Shown: positions 48,846-57,751 of the stretch, in pieces
Numbering within the stretch: the stretch's first letter is position 1
Layout of the letters: each line of letters starts with the position of its first letter
Virus record (IMG/VR): IMGVR_UViG_3300022602_002157
Location: 13,383-77,382 of that record
Reading direction: 5' to 3' (one strand)
Length of the DNA stretch: 64,000 nt
Source of the DNA: a virus
Notes under the pieces: generated by a model
Databases searched by the model: none
What the model saw: the letters and a program-made list of their open reading frames with translations, nothing else
Told to the model about the DNA's origin: nothing
Translations under genes and position numbers: made by a program

Positions 48846-49287
48846 TAGAAAACAAACACTTATGGAAACACGTAATAGAATTAAAGAACAGGCTAAACGC
48901 ATGATCTTTGTTACCTTTCAGAAAGAAGGTATTCATTGTTATCCGGCAGCCGCATCAGACTCTAATCTGTCAACAGGTGATGAATATGATGTTAGTTTCT
49001 TAGCAACTCCACATCGTCACATTTTTCACTTTAACGTGGCGATTGAAGTATTTCACAACGATAGGGATATTGAGTTTATTCAATTTAAGAGATGGCTTGA
49101 GAATCAATACTCTCAGGGCATTCTTGAATTGAATTTCAAAAGTTGTGAAATGATTAGTGATGACCTCTATGAAGTTATTGCTAGTCGATATCCCGAACGT
49201 AACATTGAAATCACTGTAAGCGAAGACGGTGAGAACGGTGCTACGATTTATTATTATACTCACAAACCTCAACTTATTAGCATTTAA
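48829..49287 (+). CDS. dpdL: QueD-paralog T-fold protein, DpdL-like (proposed CDG decarboxylase)
   Basis: LATPHRHIF matches LxxxHRHxF, which replaces the QueD CxxxHGH. Also DIEF, SCE and EDGENG. Confidence 0.7.
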   Translation: MNTITNRKQTLMETRNRIKEQAKRMIFVTFQKEGIHCYPAAASDSNLSTGDEYDVSFLATPHRHIFHFNVAIEVFHNDRDIEFIQFKRWLENQYSQGILELNFKSCEMISDDLYEVIASRYPERNIEITVSEDGENGATIYYYTHKPQLISI

Positions 49288-49298
49288 AGGAAAAATCA

Positions 49299-49511
49299 AT
49301 GGCTAAGTATGAACACAAGTCTAACCCTAAGGTCAATCAAATCTTTAAGGACCTAGAAGCATATCTAGGATTCTGTAAGGATTATGGCTATAGGTTCGAT
49401 GAAGGTGATCTATATAGCACACGTAGTTACGTGTGGCGTCAGTATCAAAAGTTTCTCACAGGAAAGCCCTTTAAGGACATGTGGGAATTAGATATGAAAC
49501 CACGTGTCTAA
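49299..49511 (+). CDS. Hypothetical protein
   Basis: AAGGA SD; 70 aa. Confidence 0.7.
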   Translation: MAKYEHKSNPKVNQIFKDLEAYLGFCKDYGYRFDEGDLYSTRSYVWRQYQKFLTGKPFKDMWELDMKPRV

Positions 49512-49515
49512 ATAT

Positions 49516-49541
49516 TATATGGGTTAGTGCTAACCCATATA
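49516..49541. repeat. 12-bp perfect inverted repeat
   Basis: TATATGGGTTAG-TG-CTAACCCATATA, directly after TAAATA (49509-49514). Confidence 0.85.
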
Positions 49542-49553
49542 TAATCATGACGA

Positions 49554-50303
49554 ATGAAACATAGTATATCAGCACCTGCAGGAGCATTTAAAAACCATCT
49601 TAGATGGTTGATGCTCCTGTCTGATTATTACAATAGTGAACTAAAAAATACATGCTTACCTACAAATTTAAATGATAAAATTTCTTTTATCAAAGAAAAA
49701 ATATACCCTGATACTAGGGACTGTATTTCTTGGTTAGATTATGAGTGGACATATAAATTAGACTTAGATAAAGTAATGTATATTGACTTTTCTCCTAGAG
49801 TGGTTTCAGCACAGGGAAAAGACGAACCACAACATAAGATTATAACAATGTGGGCCACTCCTTTAGAATGTCTTCTTGGATATGCAAAATTTGAGCCAGG
49901 TATATTACAGTTTAAATCCAAAGAAGAGTTTTTTGTACAAATTACAAAAGAAAACATTTATACAAAAAACTATTTTAAGAATAAATTACCGAACGAAGAA
50001 ATTTTATTACTACATTCTTATACCTTATTTAATCCTATATTAAGTAGAGCGTTTTACAATCAAGTTGTAGATTTTTTTGGAGTTGATGATCAATACGAAT
50101 CTGCCTGCGAAATACATAACATATGGTACAATAAACAAATCGATGCAAGAAAACAAGCGTATTATTTAATGAAAGATGCTGTATGGCCCAATTTTGCTTG
50201 GCGATTTGATCCAAAAAATCTTTTATCTTCACATCCAAGAACTGAAGACGAATTTAATAGAATGAAGAAAATGATTTTAGAAATATATGCAGGAGATATT
50301 TAA
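49554..50303 (+). CDS. Hypothetical (AT-rich insert, weak sulfotransferase-like N-terminus)
   Basis: ISAPAGAFKNHLRWL; 249 aa. Confidence 0.55.
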   Translation: MKHSISAPAGAFKNHLRWLMLLSDYYNSELKNTCLPTNLNDKISFIKEKIYPDTRDCISWLDYEWTYKLDLDKVMYIDFSPRVVSAQGKDEPQHKIITMWATPLECLLGYAKFEPGILQFKSKEEFFVQITKENIYTKNYFKNKLPNEEILLLHSYTLFNPILSRAFYNQVVDFFGVDDQYESACEIHNIWYNKQIDARKQAYYLMKDAVWPNFAWRFDPKNLLSSHPRTEDEFNRMKKMILEIYAGDI

Positions 50304-50308
50304 TTTTA

Positions 50309-51064
50309 ATGCGTAAAATAGTTTTGATTACTGGGGGATTCGATCCAATTCACAGTGGGCATTTAAATTACATTAAGTCTGCTAGTGAATTGGGCGATAC
50401 CCTTGTCGTAGGAGTCAATAGCGATGAATGGTTGACCCGTAAAAAAGGTCGACCATTTATGCCATTAGATGAACGAATGGCAATTGTTGAATCATTAAGA
50501 CATGTAGATGCGGCAATACGTTTTAATGATAGTGATGGCAGCAGTAAAAATGCTATAAAAATTGTACGTGAAATGTGGCCCAAAGCAAAAATTGTTTTTG
50601 CCAATGGAGGAGATCGTACTCAAAATAATATTCCAGAAATGGATACTACTGACCAAAACATTGAATTTGTATTTGGTGTTGGTGGCACAAACAAAAAGAA
50701 TAGCAGTAGTTGGATATTAGAAGAATGGAAGAATCCTAAAACCGTTAGACCATGGGGCTGGTATCGTGTTTTAGATGACAAGATTGGTTACAAAGTTAAA
50801 GAACTTGTAATTGAACCGGGTAAGAGTTTAAGTATGCAACGTCACTTTAAACGTAGTGAACATTGGTATATACTTAAGGGTAATTGTGATATTGCAACTG
50901 TATACAATAATGATATAATAGTAATATCTAAAGAGGAAAATGAAACATATAATATTTCGCAAGGTGTTTGGCATCAAGGTCAAAATAATTATTCTGATTA
51001 TTGCCACATACTTGAAGTACAATATGGATCATCTTGCATTGAAGAAGACATTGAGAGAAAATAA
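50309..51064 (+). CDS. Cytidylyltransferase-like domain fused to type II mannose-6-P isomerase-like cupin
   Basis: TGGFDPIHSGH, VGVNSD and NSSS; then RPWG, SMQRHFKRSEHW and EVQYG...EEDIER. Confidence 0.85.
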   Translation: MRKIVLITGGFDPIHSGHLNYIKSASELGDTLVVGVNSDEWLTRKKGRPFMPLDERMAIVESLRHVDAAIRFNDSDGSSKNAIKIVREMWPKAKIVFANGGDRTQNNIPEMDTTDQNIEFVFGVGGTNKKNSSSWILEEWKNPKTVRPWGWYRVLDDKIGYKVKELVIEPGKSLSMQRHFKRSEHWYILKGNCDIATVYNNDIIVISKEENETYNISQGVWHQGQNNYSDYCHILEVQYGSSCIEEDIERK

Positions 51065-52251
51065 TGCGTAAACTATACTACATGGGCTTAGAGCCTTACA
51101 AAGACAGATACACACTTCAATTAACTGATTGGAACGTTGAAGTATTCAAACGCCGTGGCATTGATTATGTTATCGTTCCCGGTGACACACTTGACAACAG
51201 TAAAAGTATTGTTACTGGTCAAGTATTAGATGCACATGGTCGTAGTTATTTTGGCATGAGCCAAATGATGAACTTAGTTAAATTGATGAAAGAAGGGGAG
51301 GTCACTAGTGATGATGTTATATATTTTGAAGATATGTTTCAGCCCGGAATCGAAAGCCTTCCTTACATTCTTAATCAGGTTACTGACGATATGCGTCCTA
51401 GGGTATTTGTCCGTTGTCTTGCTCAGTCAATTGATCCAGATGATTTCGTACATGTATGGGGCATGAGCAAATGGATGGGCTTGTACGAAAAGATGGTCAA
51501 TGAATTTGTTGATGGCGTACTTGCAAGTAACGAAGAAATGGTAATGCACATGAAGATTGCAGGCTGGGAAGCACCAATCTATAATATCAGTGGGTTAGCA
51601 TTTGGTAAAGAAGAAGTAAGACGCAGAGTTCTTGATAGTGGTCAAGACATTAAATTGTTTGATGAACGTGCTATGCGTGTTGCATTTGCCGCACGTTGGG
51701 ATCAAGAAAAGCAACCAGACTTTTACATGGACTTGATTGACAAGTGGAATAACTTGTATCCAAATTCAGGTGTAGAGTTTGCTGTATTCAGTGGTAGTAC
51801 ATTACGTAGTAATAACAGTAGTTACATGGAACGCACTAACAAAATGCGTGACGAAGGTACACTTAAAGTCTATGAAAACTTAGACAAAACTAATTACTAT
51901 CTAATGTTGAATGACACCCGTGTATTGTTTAACTGTGCATTACAAGACTGGGTAAGTAATACTGTAAGCGAGGCTGATGCATTGCGTTGTAATGTGTTAT
52001 ATCCTGCTTATCGTAGTTTCCCTGAAACTTTCAGTAATGATCCTGAACGATTGTATATCCCATGGTCATTAGATGATGCAATTGCAAAGTTGCATAAACT
52101 ATTAACTGTTCAACATCCAAATATTGACAAGATCAGTACTCACACAGATGGAACCATTGATCGTATTTGTAATATTTTAGAAGGTCGTGGTCAACATTTG
52201 TTGCGTATGGATACTGATTATCGCAAGCACACAAAAGAAAGAAAGTATTAA
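51064..52251 (+). CDS. GT-B fold glycosyltransferase
   Basis: [11 protein letters not shown], and a C-terminal [11 protein letters not shown]...YP..RSFPE donor-binding-like region. Confidence 0.7.
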   Translation: MRKLYYMGLEPYKDRYTLQLTDWNVEVFKRRGIDYVIVPGDTLDNSKSIVTGQVLDAHGRSYFGMSQMMNLVKLMKEGEVTSDDVIYFEDMFQPGIESLPYILNQVTDDMRPRVFVRCLAQSIDPDDFVHVWGMSKWMGLYEKMVNEFVDGVLASNEEMVMHMKIAGWEAPIYNISGLAFGKEEVRRRVLDSGQDIKLFDERAMRVAFAARWDQEKQPDFYMDLIDKWNNLYPNSGVEFAVFSGSTLRSNNSSYMERTNKMRDEGTLKVYENLDKTNYYLMLNDTRVLFNCALQDWVSNTVSEADALRCNVLYPAYRSFPETFSNDPERLYIPWSLDDAIAKLHKLLTVQHPNIDKISTHTDGTIDRICNILEGRGQHLLRMDTDYRKHTKERKY

Positions 52252-52252
52252 A

Positions 52253-53326
52253 ATGCGTATTGAAAATGAAGTTAAGTTAGATTTTAGTGACGTATTGATT
52301 CGTCCAAAGCGTAGCACATTGGTTAGCCGTAAAGAAGTTTTCTTAAATAGAACTTATAAGTTTAAGCATAGTCAAAATGAATACACCGGCATTCCAATCA
52401 TGGCTGCTAACATGGATGGCGTTGGTACTATTGAAATGAGTACTGAATTGAGTAAGCATGGATTGTTTACGTGTTTAGTAAAAAGTTACAACGTTGAAAA
52501 CTACGCCACTAATGAATTAAATTTTAATAACATAGCAGTTAGTACAGGCACAAGCGACAGGGACTTAAAAAAGTTAAATGAAATTCTATCAATATTTGAT
52601 GAAATCAGATACATTTGTATTGACGTTGCAAATGGTTACAGCGATCATTTTGGTGTTTTTGTTAGTAAGGTACGTGATCTTTGGCCTCTTCATACTATTG
52701 TGGCCGGTAATGTGGTTACTGCTGACATGACACAAGAATTGATTTTAAGAGGAGCAGACATTGTTAAGGTAGGCATTGGCCCCGGTAGTGTATGTACTAC
52801 ACGTATTCAAACTGGGGTAGGCTATCCCCAACTTAGTGCTATCATGGAATGTGCTGATGCCGCACATGGTCTTGGTGGACATATTATTGCTGATGGTGGT
52901 TGCACATGCCCTGGAGACGTTGCTAAGGCGTTTGGGGCTGGTGCGGACTTTGTAATGCTTGGTGGTATGCTTGCTGGTCATGATGAAGGTGGTGGCAAGG
53001 TTATCGAAGAAATGCATGAACTATCTAGACTACAAGAAAACAGTTATGCGCACGATTATGAAATCAAAAAGTTTGTAGAGTTTTATGGTATGAGTAGTGA
53101 TACTGCCATGAACAAGCATCACGGCGGCATTGCTGAATATCGTAGTAGTGAAGGTCGTACTGTGCGTGTACCTTATCGTGGGCCTGTAAAGAATACTGTA
53201 CTAAACATTCTTGGTGGATTGCGTAGTAGTTGCACATATGTTGGTGCTCAATCATTAAAGCAATTAAGTAAATGCACTACCTTTGTTCGTGTAAATAATC
53301 AATACAACAGAGTTTATGCAGGATAA
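52253..53326 (+). CDS. guaC: GMP reductase
   Basis: MRIE...[47 protein letters not shown] and LRS.CTYVGA. Confidence 0.93.
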   Translation: MRIENEVKLDFSDVLIRPKRSTLVSRKEVFLNRTYKFKHSQNEYTGIPIMAANMDGVGTIEMSTELSKHGLFTCLVKSYNVENYATNELNFNNIAVSTGTSDRDLKKLNEILSIFDEIRYICIDVANGYSDHFGVFVSKVRDLWPLHTIVAGNVVTADMTQELILRGADIVKVGIGPGSVCTTRIQTGVGYPQLSAIMECADAAHGLGGHIIADGGCTCPGDVAKAFGAGADFVMLGGMLAGHDEGGGKVIEEMHELSRLQENSYAHDYEIKKFVEFYGMSSDTAMNKHHGGIAEYRSSEGRTVRVPYRGPVKNTVLNILGGLRSSCTYVGAQSLKQLSKCTTFVRVNNQYNRVYAG

Positions 53327-53328
53327 CA

Positions 53329-54099
53329 ATGACAAAGAATGTAAAATGTTTAATTACTGGTGGATGTAGTTTTAGTCAACCTAACAATACTGATATAACT
53401 TGGGTTCATCATTTACAAGATTATATACAACCCGACAAAGTAGTACACACTGGTATAGGAGCGGCTGGTAATGGATTGATCAGTCGTAGAATTATTTCAG
53501 CAGTAACAGAACAACTTAAAACATATAAACCTGATGAAATGTTAGTGGGTATTATGTGGAGTGAGTTTAAAAGGCGTGATTACTACTCAATTGCTGACTT
53601 AGAAACTACCAATACAGCACCTAGACGCTATTACTGGTATAGTAATCCCACGGCAGGATATGTACCTGAAGAGTATTATTGGTATGTTATTAATCCACAT
53701 TGGTCTGATCCTCTTACTACTAAATTCAAAGAAAACTTTTATAATTATGAGGACAGTTTAATTAATTGCTTTGAACATGTATTAAGGGTTCAATGGTTCT
53801 TACAGGCAAATAACATTCCGTATTTTATGACTGAGTTTGATTATAGCGCATTTGATGAATTTCCTTTTGCTAGGAATTGGAAAAATAACGCTGAAATTAA
53901 ATTCCTTTGGGACCAAATTGATAAATCACATTGGTTACCCGTTGAGAATTGTTATCAGTGGTGCAAAGAAAAATCAGGCAAAGAATTTGCTAGACCCCCT
54001 GATCCGCACCCCAGTACAGCACAACATAGAGAATTTGTAAATAAGGTAATAGTGCCCTATTTACTTGAAAAACATATGTTATATGATATAATCGTATAA
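53329..54099 (+). CDS. SGNH/GDSL-like hydrolase paralog
   Basis: GGCSFS, GAAGN, MWS...R and DPHPS...H. Confidence 0.6.
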   Translation: MTKNVKCLITGGCSFSQPNNTDITWVHHLQDYIQPDKVVHTGIGAAGNGLISRRIISAVTEQLKTYKPDEMLVGIMWSEFKRRDYYSIADLETTNTAPRRYYWYSNPTAGYVPEEYYWYVINPHWSDPLTTKFKENFYNYEDSLINCFEHVLRVQWFLQANNIPYFMTEFDYSAFDEFPFARNWKNNAEIKFLWDQIDKSHWLPVENCYQWCKEKSGKEFARPPDPHPSTAQHREFVNKVIVPYLLEKHMLYDIIV

Positions 54100-54102
54100 A
54101 TA
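54065..54102 (+). promoter_or_regulatory. Tandem sigma70-like and T4-late promoters for folE
   Basis: TTGAAA-N16-TATAAT(54087), then TATAAATA (54095-54102). Confidence 0.6.
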
Positions 54103-54164
54103 CTTTTGTAACACAAAGGTTACAACACAATTGACAATTATCCGTGTAAGGAAGGAGAACAATA

Positions 54165-54842
54165 ATGTCATACAATAAAACAAAAACCGATCCAGAATTA
54201 GGACGCAAAGTCCATGAACATCTAGTAAGTGTAGGAGTTGAAACTCCCACATTCAATACTGCATTAGACCGCAAAGACAAAATTGAGTTAATTGAAAAAG
54301 ATTTTGCTCATATTATGCATGTATTAGGTCTAGACCTAAATGATGACAGTTTAATGGAAACACCTAAGCGTGTTGCTAAGATGTATGTTAATGAAATCTT
54401 TTGGGGCTTAGATTATGATGCATTTCCAAAGTGTACGACTGTCGATAACAAGATGCATTACAATGAAATGGTCGTTGAACGCAACGTTAATGTCCAAAGC
54501 AATTGCGAACATCACTTTGTTATCATTGATGGTCTCGCTACTGTGGCATATGTTCCTAAACAGAAAGTCCTCGGACTATCAAAAATTAACCGTATTGTTG
54601 AGTATTTCAGCAAGCGCCCTCAAATCCAAGAGCGACTCACCGAACAAATCTTCCACACTCTCCAATTTATATTGGAGACTGAAGATGTTGCGGTAATGAT
54701 TGACGCACGACACTATTGTGTTAAGTCACGCGGTGTTGAGGATACTGGCAGTTCAACTGTAACTGTTCGTTTAGGCGGCGGATTTAAAAGTGATCCTGCG
54801 GCACGTAATGAATTCTTAAGCATTGCACGTATGGGCAAATGA
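54165..54842 (+). CDS. folE: GTP cyclohydrolase I
   Basis: TPKRVAKM, CEHH, GLSKINR, QIQERLT and HYCVKSRG. Confidence 0.96.
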   Translation: MSYNKTKTDPELGRKVHEHLVSVGVETPTFNTALDRKDKIELIEKDFAHIMHVLGLDLNDDSLMETPKRVAKMYVNEIFWGLDYDAFPKCTTVDNKMHYNEMVVERNVNVQSNCEHHFVIIDGLATVAYVPKQKVLGLSKINRIVEYFSKRPQIQERLTEQIFHTLQFILETEDVAVMIDARHYCVKSRGVEDTGSSTVTVRLGGGFKSDPAARNEFLSIARMGK

Positions 54843-54843
54843 T

Positions 54844-55002
54844 ATGGATTATATCATAGTTTTGATTATCGTAGCATATTCATTTATTAGATTATGGAGT
54901 ATATTGCGTAATCCAAATTGTGGTAGTTGCGGCAAAGAAAAAGCCAAGGGTTGCTGTACACCAGAACCCAAAGAACAAACTATTAAATTTTATAAAAAAT
55001 GA
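54844..55002 (+). CDS. Small TM plus Cys-rich peptide (52 aa; not in the ORF track)
   Basis: MDYIIVLIIVAYSFIRLWSILRNPNCGSCGKEKAKGCC...; starts 2 nt after the folE stop and has an ATGA overlap with the next gene. Confidence 0.65.
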   Translation: MDYIIVLIIVAYSFIRLWSILRNPNCGSCGKEKAKGCCTPEPKEQTIKFYKK

Positions 55003-55463
55003 TATTTAACAAAATTAAAAAACTCAGAGACCAAGGTAAAAAGATAGGTATTACTTTTAGTACCTTTGATTTACTACATGCCGGGCATATTGCTATGCTT
55101 AGTGAGGCAAAGAACCACTGTGATTATTTGATTGCAGGATTACAAACAGACCCAACAATTGATCGTCCTGATACCAAGAATAAACCTATTCAAAGTATTG
55201 TAGAACGTCAAATTCAACTTAGTGCCTGTCGCTATGTTGACGAAGTAGTAGTATATCAAACTGAGCAAGACTTGATTGACTTACTATTAATTTTGCCATT
55301 GAATGTTCGTGTATTGGGTGTTGAATATGAAGGCAAAAAATTCACAGGTGACGAAGCATGTTATCACCGTGGCATCGATATTGTGTTTAACGGTCGTGAT
55401 CATAGTTTCAGTAGTTCAAGTTTACGTAAGCGTGTTGCAGAAGCACAACCTAAGGCAAAATGA
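54999..55463 (+). CDS. Cytidylyltransferase (TagD/RfaE-II-like)
   Basis: TFDLLHAGH, GLQTD, ER...L.ACRYVDEV and SSS.LR. Confidence 0.88.
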   Translation: MIFNKIKKLRDQGKKIGITFSTFDLLHAGHIAMLSEAKNHCDYLIAGLQTDPTIDRPDTKNKPIQSIVERQIQLSACRYVDEVVVYQTEQDLIDLLLILPLNVRVLGVEYEGKKFTGDEACYHRGIDIVFNGRDHSFSSSSLRKRVAEAQPKAK

Positions 55464-55654
55464 TAATGGAAAATTATACTGTAGAAAATAGACTTGCTGA
55501 ATTAATGCAACCTGTTGATCAACAATTGTTTTTGTGTAATGATGGACAGGAAGAATTGTTATTCGCATGTGGTATGCTACAGCGTATTAGAGAAATCTTT
55601 GACGCACAATTAGGCGTGGAAGGTAGAAAACTTATGTTTAAAGATTTGTCATGA
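55460..55654 (+). CDS. Hypothetical protein
   Basis: 64 aa with overlapping start/stop. Confidence 0.65.
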   Translation: MIMENYTVENRLAELMQPVDQQLFLCNDGQEELLFACGMLQRIREIFDAQLGVEGRKLMFKDLS

Positions 55655-55875
55655 TGAATGAGACCAACAAGTTAGACCTACACGGTATAAGACATGAGGA
55701 TGTAAACCGTTTAGTAGAAAACTTTATTCTAATGAATCAAGGAAAAATGCCACTTACAATTGTTTGTGGCAATAGTAATAAAATGATTGAGTTAGTAGAG
55801 GCTACTATTAAACATATTGGTTGCAAAACGTTTGTTCCTAGATATGGTACTATTATTGTTAGGGACTTGTCATGA
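55651..55875 (+). CDS. Stand-alone Smr-like domain protein
   Basis: LDLHG...IVCG. Confidence 0.6.
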   Translation: MMNETNKLDLHGIRHEDVNRLVENFILMNQGKMPLTIVCGNSNKMIELVEATIKHIGCKTFVPRYGTIIVRDLS

Positions 55876-56294
55876 GAATTCTTATCATGGGTTTGCCCGG
55901 TTCAGGCAAAACAACATTAGCGGCCGCTATTGGTGCCCGTTTGTTTTTTAATAAAAAATTTACATGGTTCAATGCCGACGCTATTAGAGAACGATATAAC
56001 GATTGGGATTTTAGTGAAGAAGGACGCATACGTCAAGCAAAACGAATGCGAGAACTTTCTGATAAAGAAATAGAACAGGGTCGATTGGCAATCTGTGATT
56101 TTGTTGCGCCTACTAATGAGATTAGAGATATATTTAACGCAGACTATACAATTTGGCTTGATACCATCCGTGAAGGTCGGTATGCTGATACCAATGCTAT
56201 ATTTGTACCTCCCGAACAATATGATATTCGTGTTACAGAACAAAACGCAGAATATTGGGCAGAAGTTATTACACAGGATCTTTTAAAAAGGTAA
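55872..56294 (+). CDS. Adenylylsulfate kinase-like P-loop kinase (short)
   Basis: GLPGSGKTT, NADAIR, FSEEGR..Q..R and FVAP. Confidence 0.7.
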   Translation: MRILIMGLPGSGKTTLAAAIGARLFFNKKFTWFNADAIRERYNDWDFSEEGRIRQAKRMRELSDKEIEQGRLAICDFVAPTNEIRDIFNADYTIWLDTIREGRYADTNAIFVPPEQYDIRVTEQNAEYWAEVITQDLLKR

Positions 56295-56327
56295 ATAAAG
56301 ATAGCGGTCTTTTGGCATCATTCCCGC

Positions 56328-56356
56328 TTTACAAATTCTGCTGCCTATGCTATAAT
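56328..56356 (+). promoter_or_regulatory. sigma70-like promoter inside the structured queD leader
   Basis: TTTACA(56328)-N17-TATAAT(56351) with TG. An upstream TAAATA lies at 56292-56297. Confidence 0.6.
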
Positions 56357-56373
56357 TAACATAGGAGATAAAA

Positions 56374-56880
56374 ATGGCAACTAATCAATCAGTACAATAC
56401 AAGTACACAAGTACAAAAGAGTACGTAAATCAATTCCCATGCGCTTATCGTCAATGGCGTGCAGACAGTCATTGTAATTTGATTCATGGATATTCATTTA
56501 GTTTTAAATTTTACTTTGGAACTAATGACTTAGACGTTCGCAATTGGGCGGCTGACTATGGCGGTCTTAAAGAACTCAAAGGACTACTTGAAGACCAATT
56601 CGATCATACACTACTTGTAGCAGAAGATGATCCAGACCTTGAAACATTTAAGTTGTTACAAGAAAAGAAAATGGCTAAACTTACTATTCTTCCACGCTTA
56701 GGCTGTGAGAGTTTAGCAGACATGTTATACAAATATATCAATGGAGTTTATATTCCTGATATGTGGGGACCAAGTGAGGCTGCAAGACTTTGGTGTTATC
56801 GTGTAGAAGTACGTGAAACACAAAGTAACATGGCTTATCGTGAAGGGCATCGTGAATGGAATGAGGATTTATTGTCATGA
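56374..56880 (+). CDS. queD: 6-carboxy-5,6,7,8-tetrahydropterin synthase
   Basis: [20 protein letters not shown] and VRET..N.A; folE/queE context. Confidence 0.85.
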   Translation: MATNQSVQYKYTSTKEYVNQFPCAYRQWRADSHCNLIHGYSFSFKFYFGTNDLDVRNWAADYGGLKELKGLLEDQFDHTLLVAEDDPDLETFKLLQEKKMAKLTILPRLGCESLADMLYKYINGVYIPDMWGPSEAARLWCYRVEVRETQSNMAYREGHREWNEDLLS

Positions 56881-57080
56881 AATTTAAGTTAGGCGATATG
56901 GTTAAGAAGGTTTCTGGGTCACAATGGCATGGCACAATTGTTGGAACATACTCAACTGAACTAACTCCAGAGGGTTATGCAGTTGAAAGTTATACTGAAA
57001 AGGGTTCAGTGCAGATTTATCCTGCAAAGGCTCTTGAACTTTGGAATGTTGATGAAAAGACTTTGGAGAATTTGGGCTAA
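56877..57080 (+). CDS. dfrB: R67/DfrB-type (type II) dihydrofolate reductase homolog
   Basis: [52 protein letters not shown] aligns without gaps to the R67 SH3 core ([50 protein letters not shown]). VQIY is intact. Confidence 0.88.
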   Translation: MKFKLGDMVKKVSGSQWHGTIVGTYSTELTPEGYAVESYTEKGSVQIYPAKALELWNVDEKTLENLG

Positions 57081-57216
57081 AGCCCTAGGTGAAAAATCAG
57101 GCAATACAGATAAAGAATCAGATCGTATTGCCTGTATTAGAACAGCAATTGTGTTATCCTACATCATAACAAATTGTTTTATTGTAGCAGGCGTAGTGAG
57201 GCATTGGAATGGTTAG
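57052..57216 (+). CDS. Small membrane protein
   Basis: [15 protein letters not shown]...[24 protein letters not shown]. Confidence 0.65.
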   Translation: MKRLWRIWAKALGEKSGNTDKESDRIACIRTAIVLSYIITNCFIVAGVVRHWNG

Positions 57217-57700
57217 AAAAGTTTGGTATTCAGATGAAACTGTAAATGGGTTTATACATTACATTATTAGAAAAATGTCTATGGATAACTATAAGCCTGA
57301 TTATGTAGTGGGTATTAATCGTGGTGGACTAGTCCCTGCATTAAAGATTAGTCACTATCTAAACGTTCCAATGCACACACTTAATGTTAGTTTGCGTGAT
57401 AACATAGATACAGAAAGTAACTGTTGGATGGCAGAAGATGCATTCAATGGTAAAAATATTCTTATTGTTGATGATATCAATGACACAGGTGCTACATTAA
57501 ATTGGATTAAAAATGACTGGCAAACAAGTTGTATGCCACTTGATAATAAATGGGATACTGTTTGGCATAACAATGTTAAGTTTGCAGTTGCCGTAGATAA
57601 TCAGTCCAGTGACTTTGAAATAGATTACGAAGGTACAACTATCAACAAAATGGAAGAAGATGTTTGGGTAATCTTTCCTTGGGAAGAATGGTGGAAATAA
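57209..57700 (+). CDS. Type I purine phosphoribosyltransferase (Gpt/Hpt-like)
   Basis: VGINRGG, PRPP-binding loop ILIVDDINDTGAT and WVIFPWE. Confidence 0.88.
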   Translation: MVRKVWYSDETVNGFIHYIIRKMSMDNYKPDYVVGINRGGLVPALKISHYLNVPMHTLNVSLRDNIDTESNCWMAEDAFNGKNILIVDDINDTGATLNWIKNDWQTSCMPLDNKWDTVWHNNVKFAVAVDNQSSDFEIDYEGTTINKMEEDVWVIFPWEEWWK

Positions 57701-57703
57701 CTA

Positions 57704-57732
57704 TTGACAATAGTAATTGATTATCATATAAT
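57704..57732 (+). promoter_or_regulatory. Consensus sigma70 promoter
   Basis: TTGACA-N17-TATAAT, an exact match. Confidence 0.85.
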
Positions 57733-57751
57733 CACAATAGAGGTATAATTT

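Noticed and set aside
56300-56370. Known preQ1-I riboswitch
   Set aside because: It does not show the class I consensus loop and A-rich tail that I can recognise. It is kept only as an unnamed candidate.
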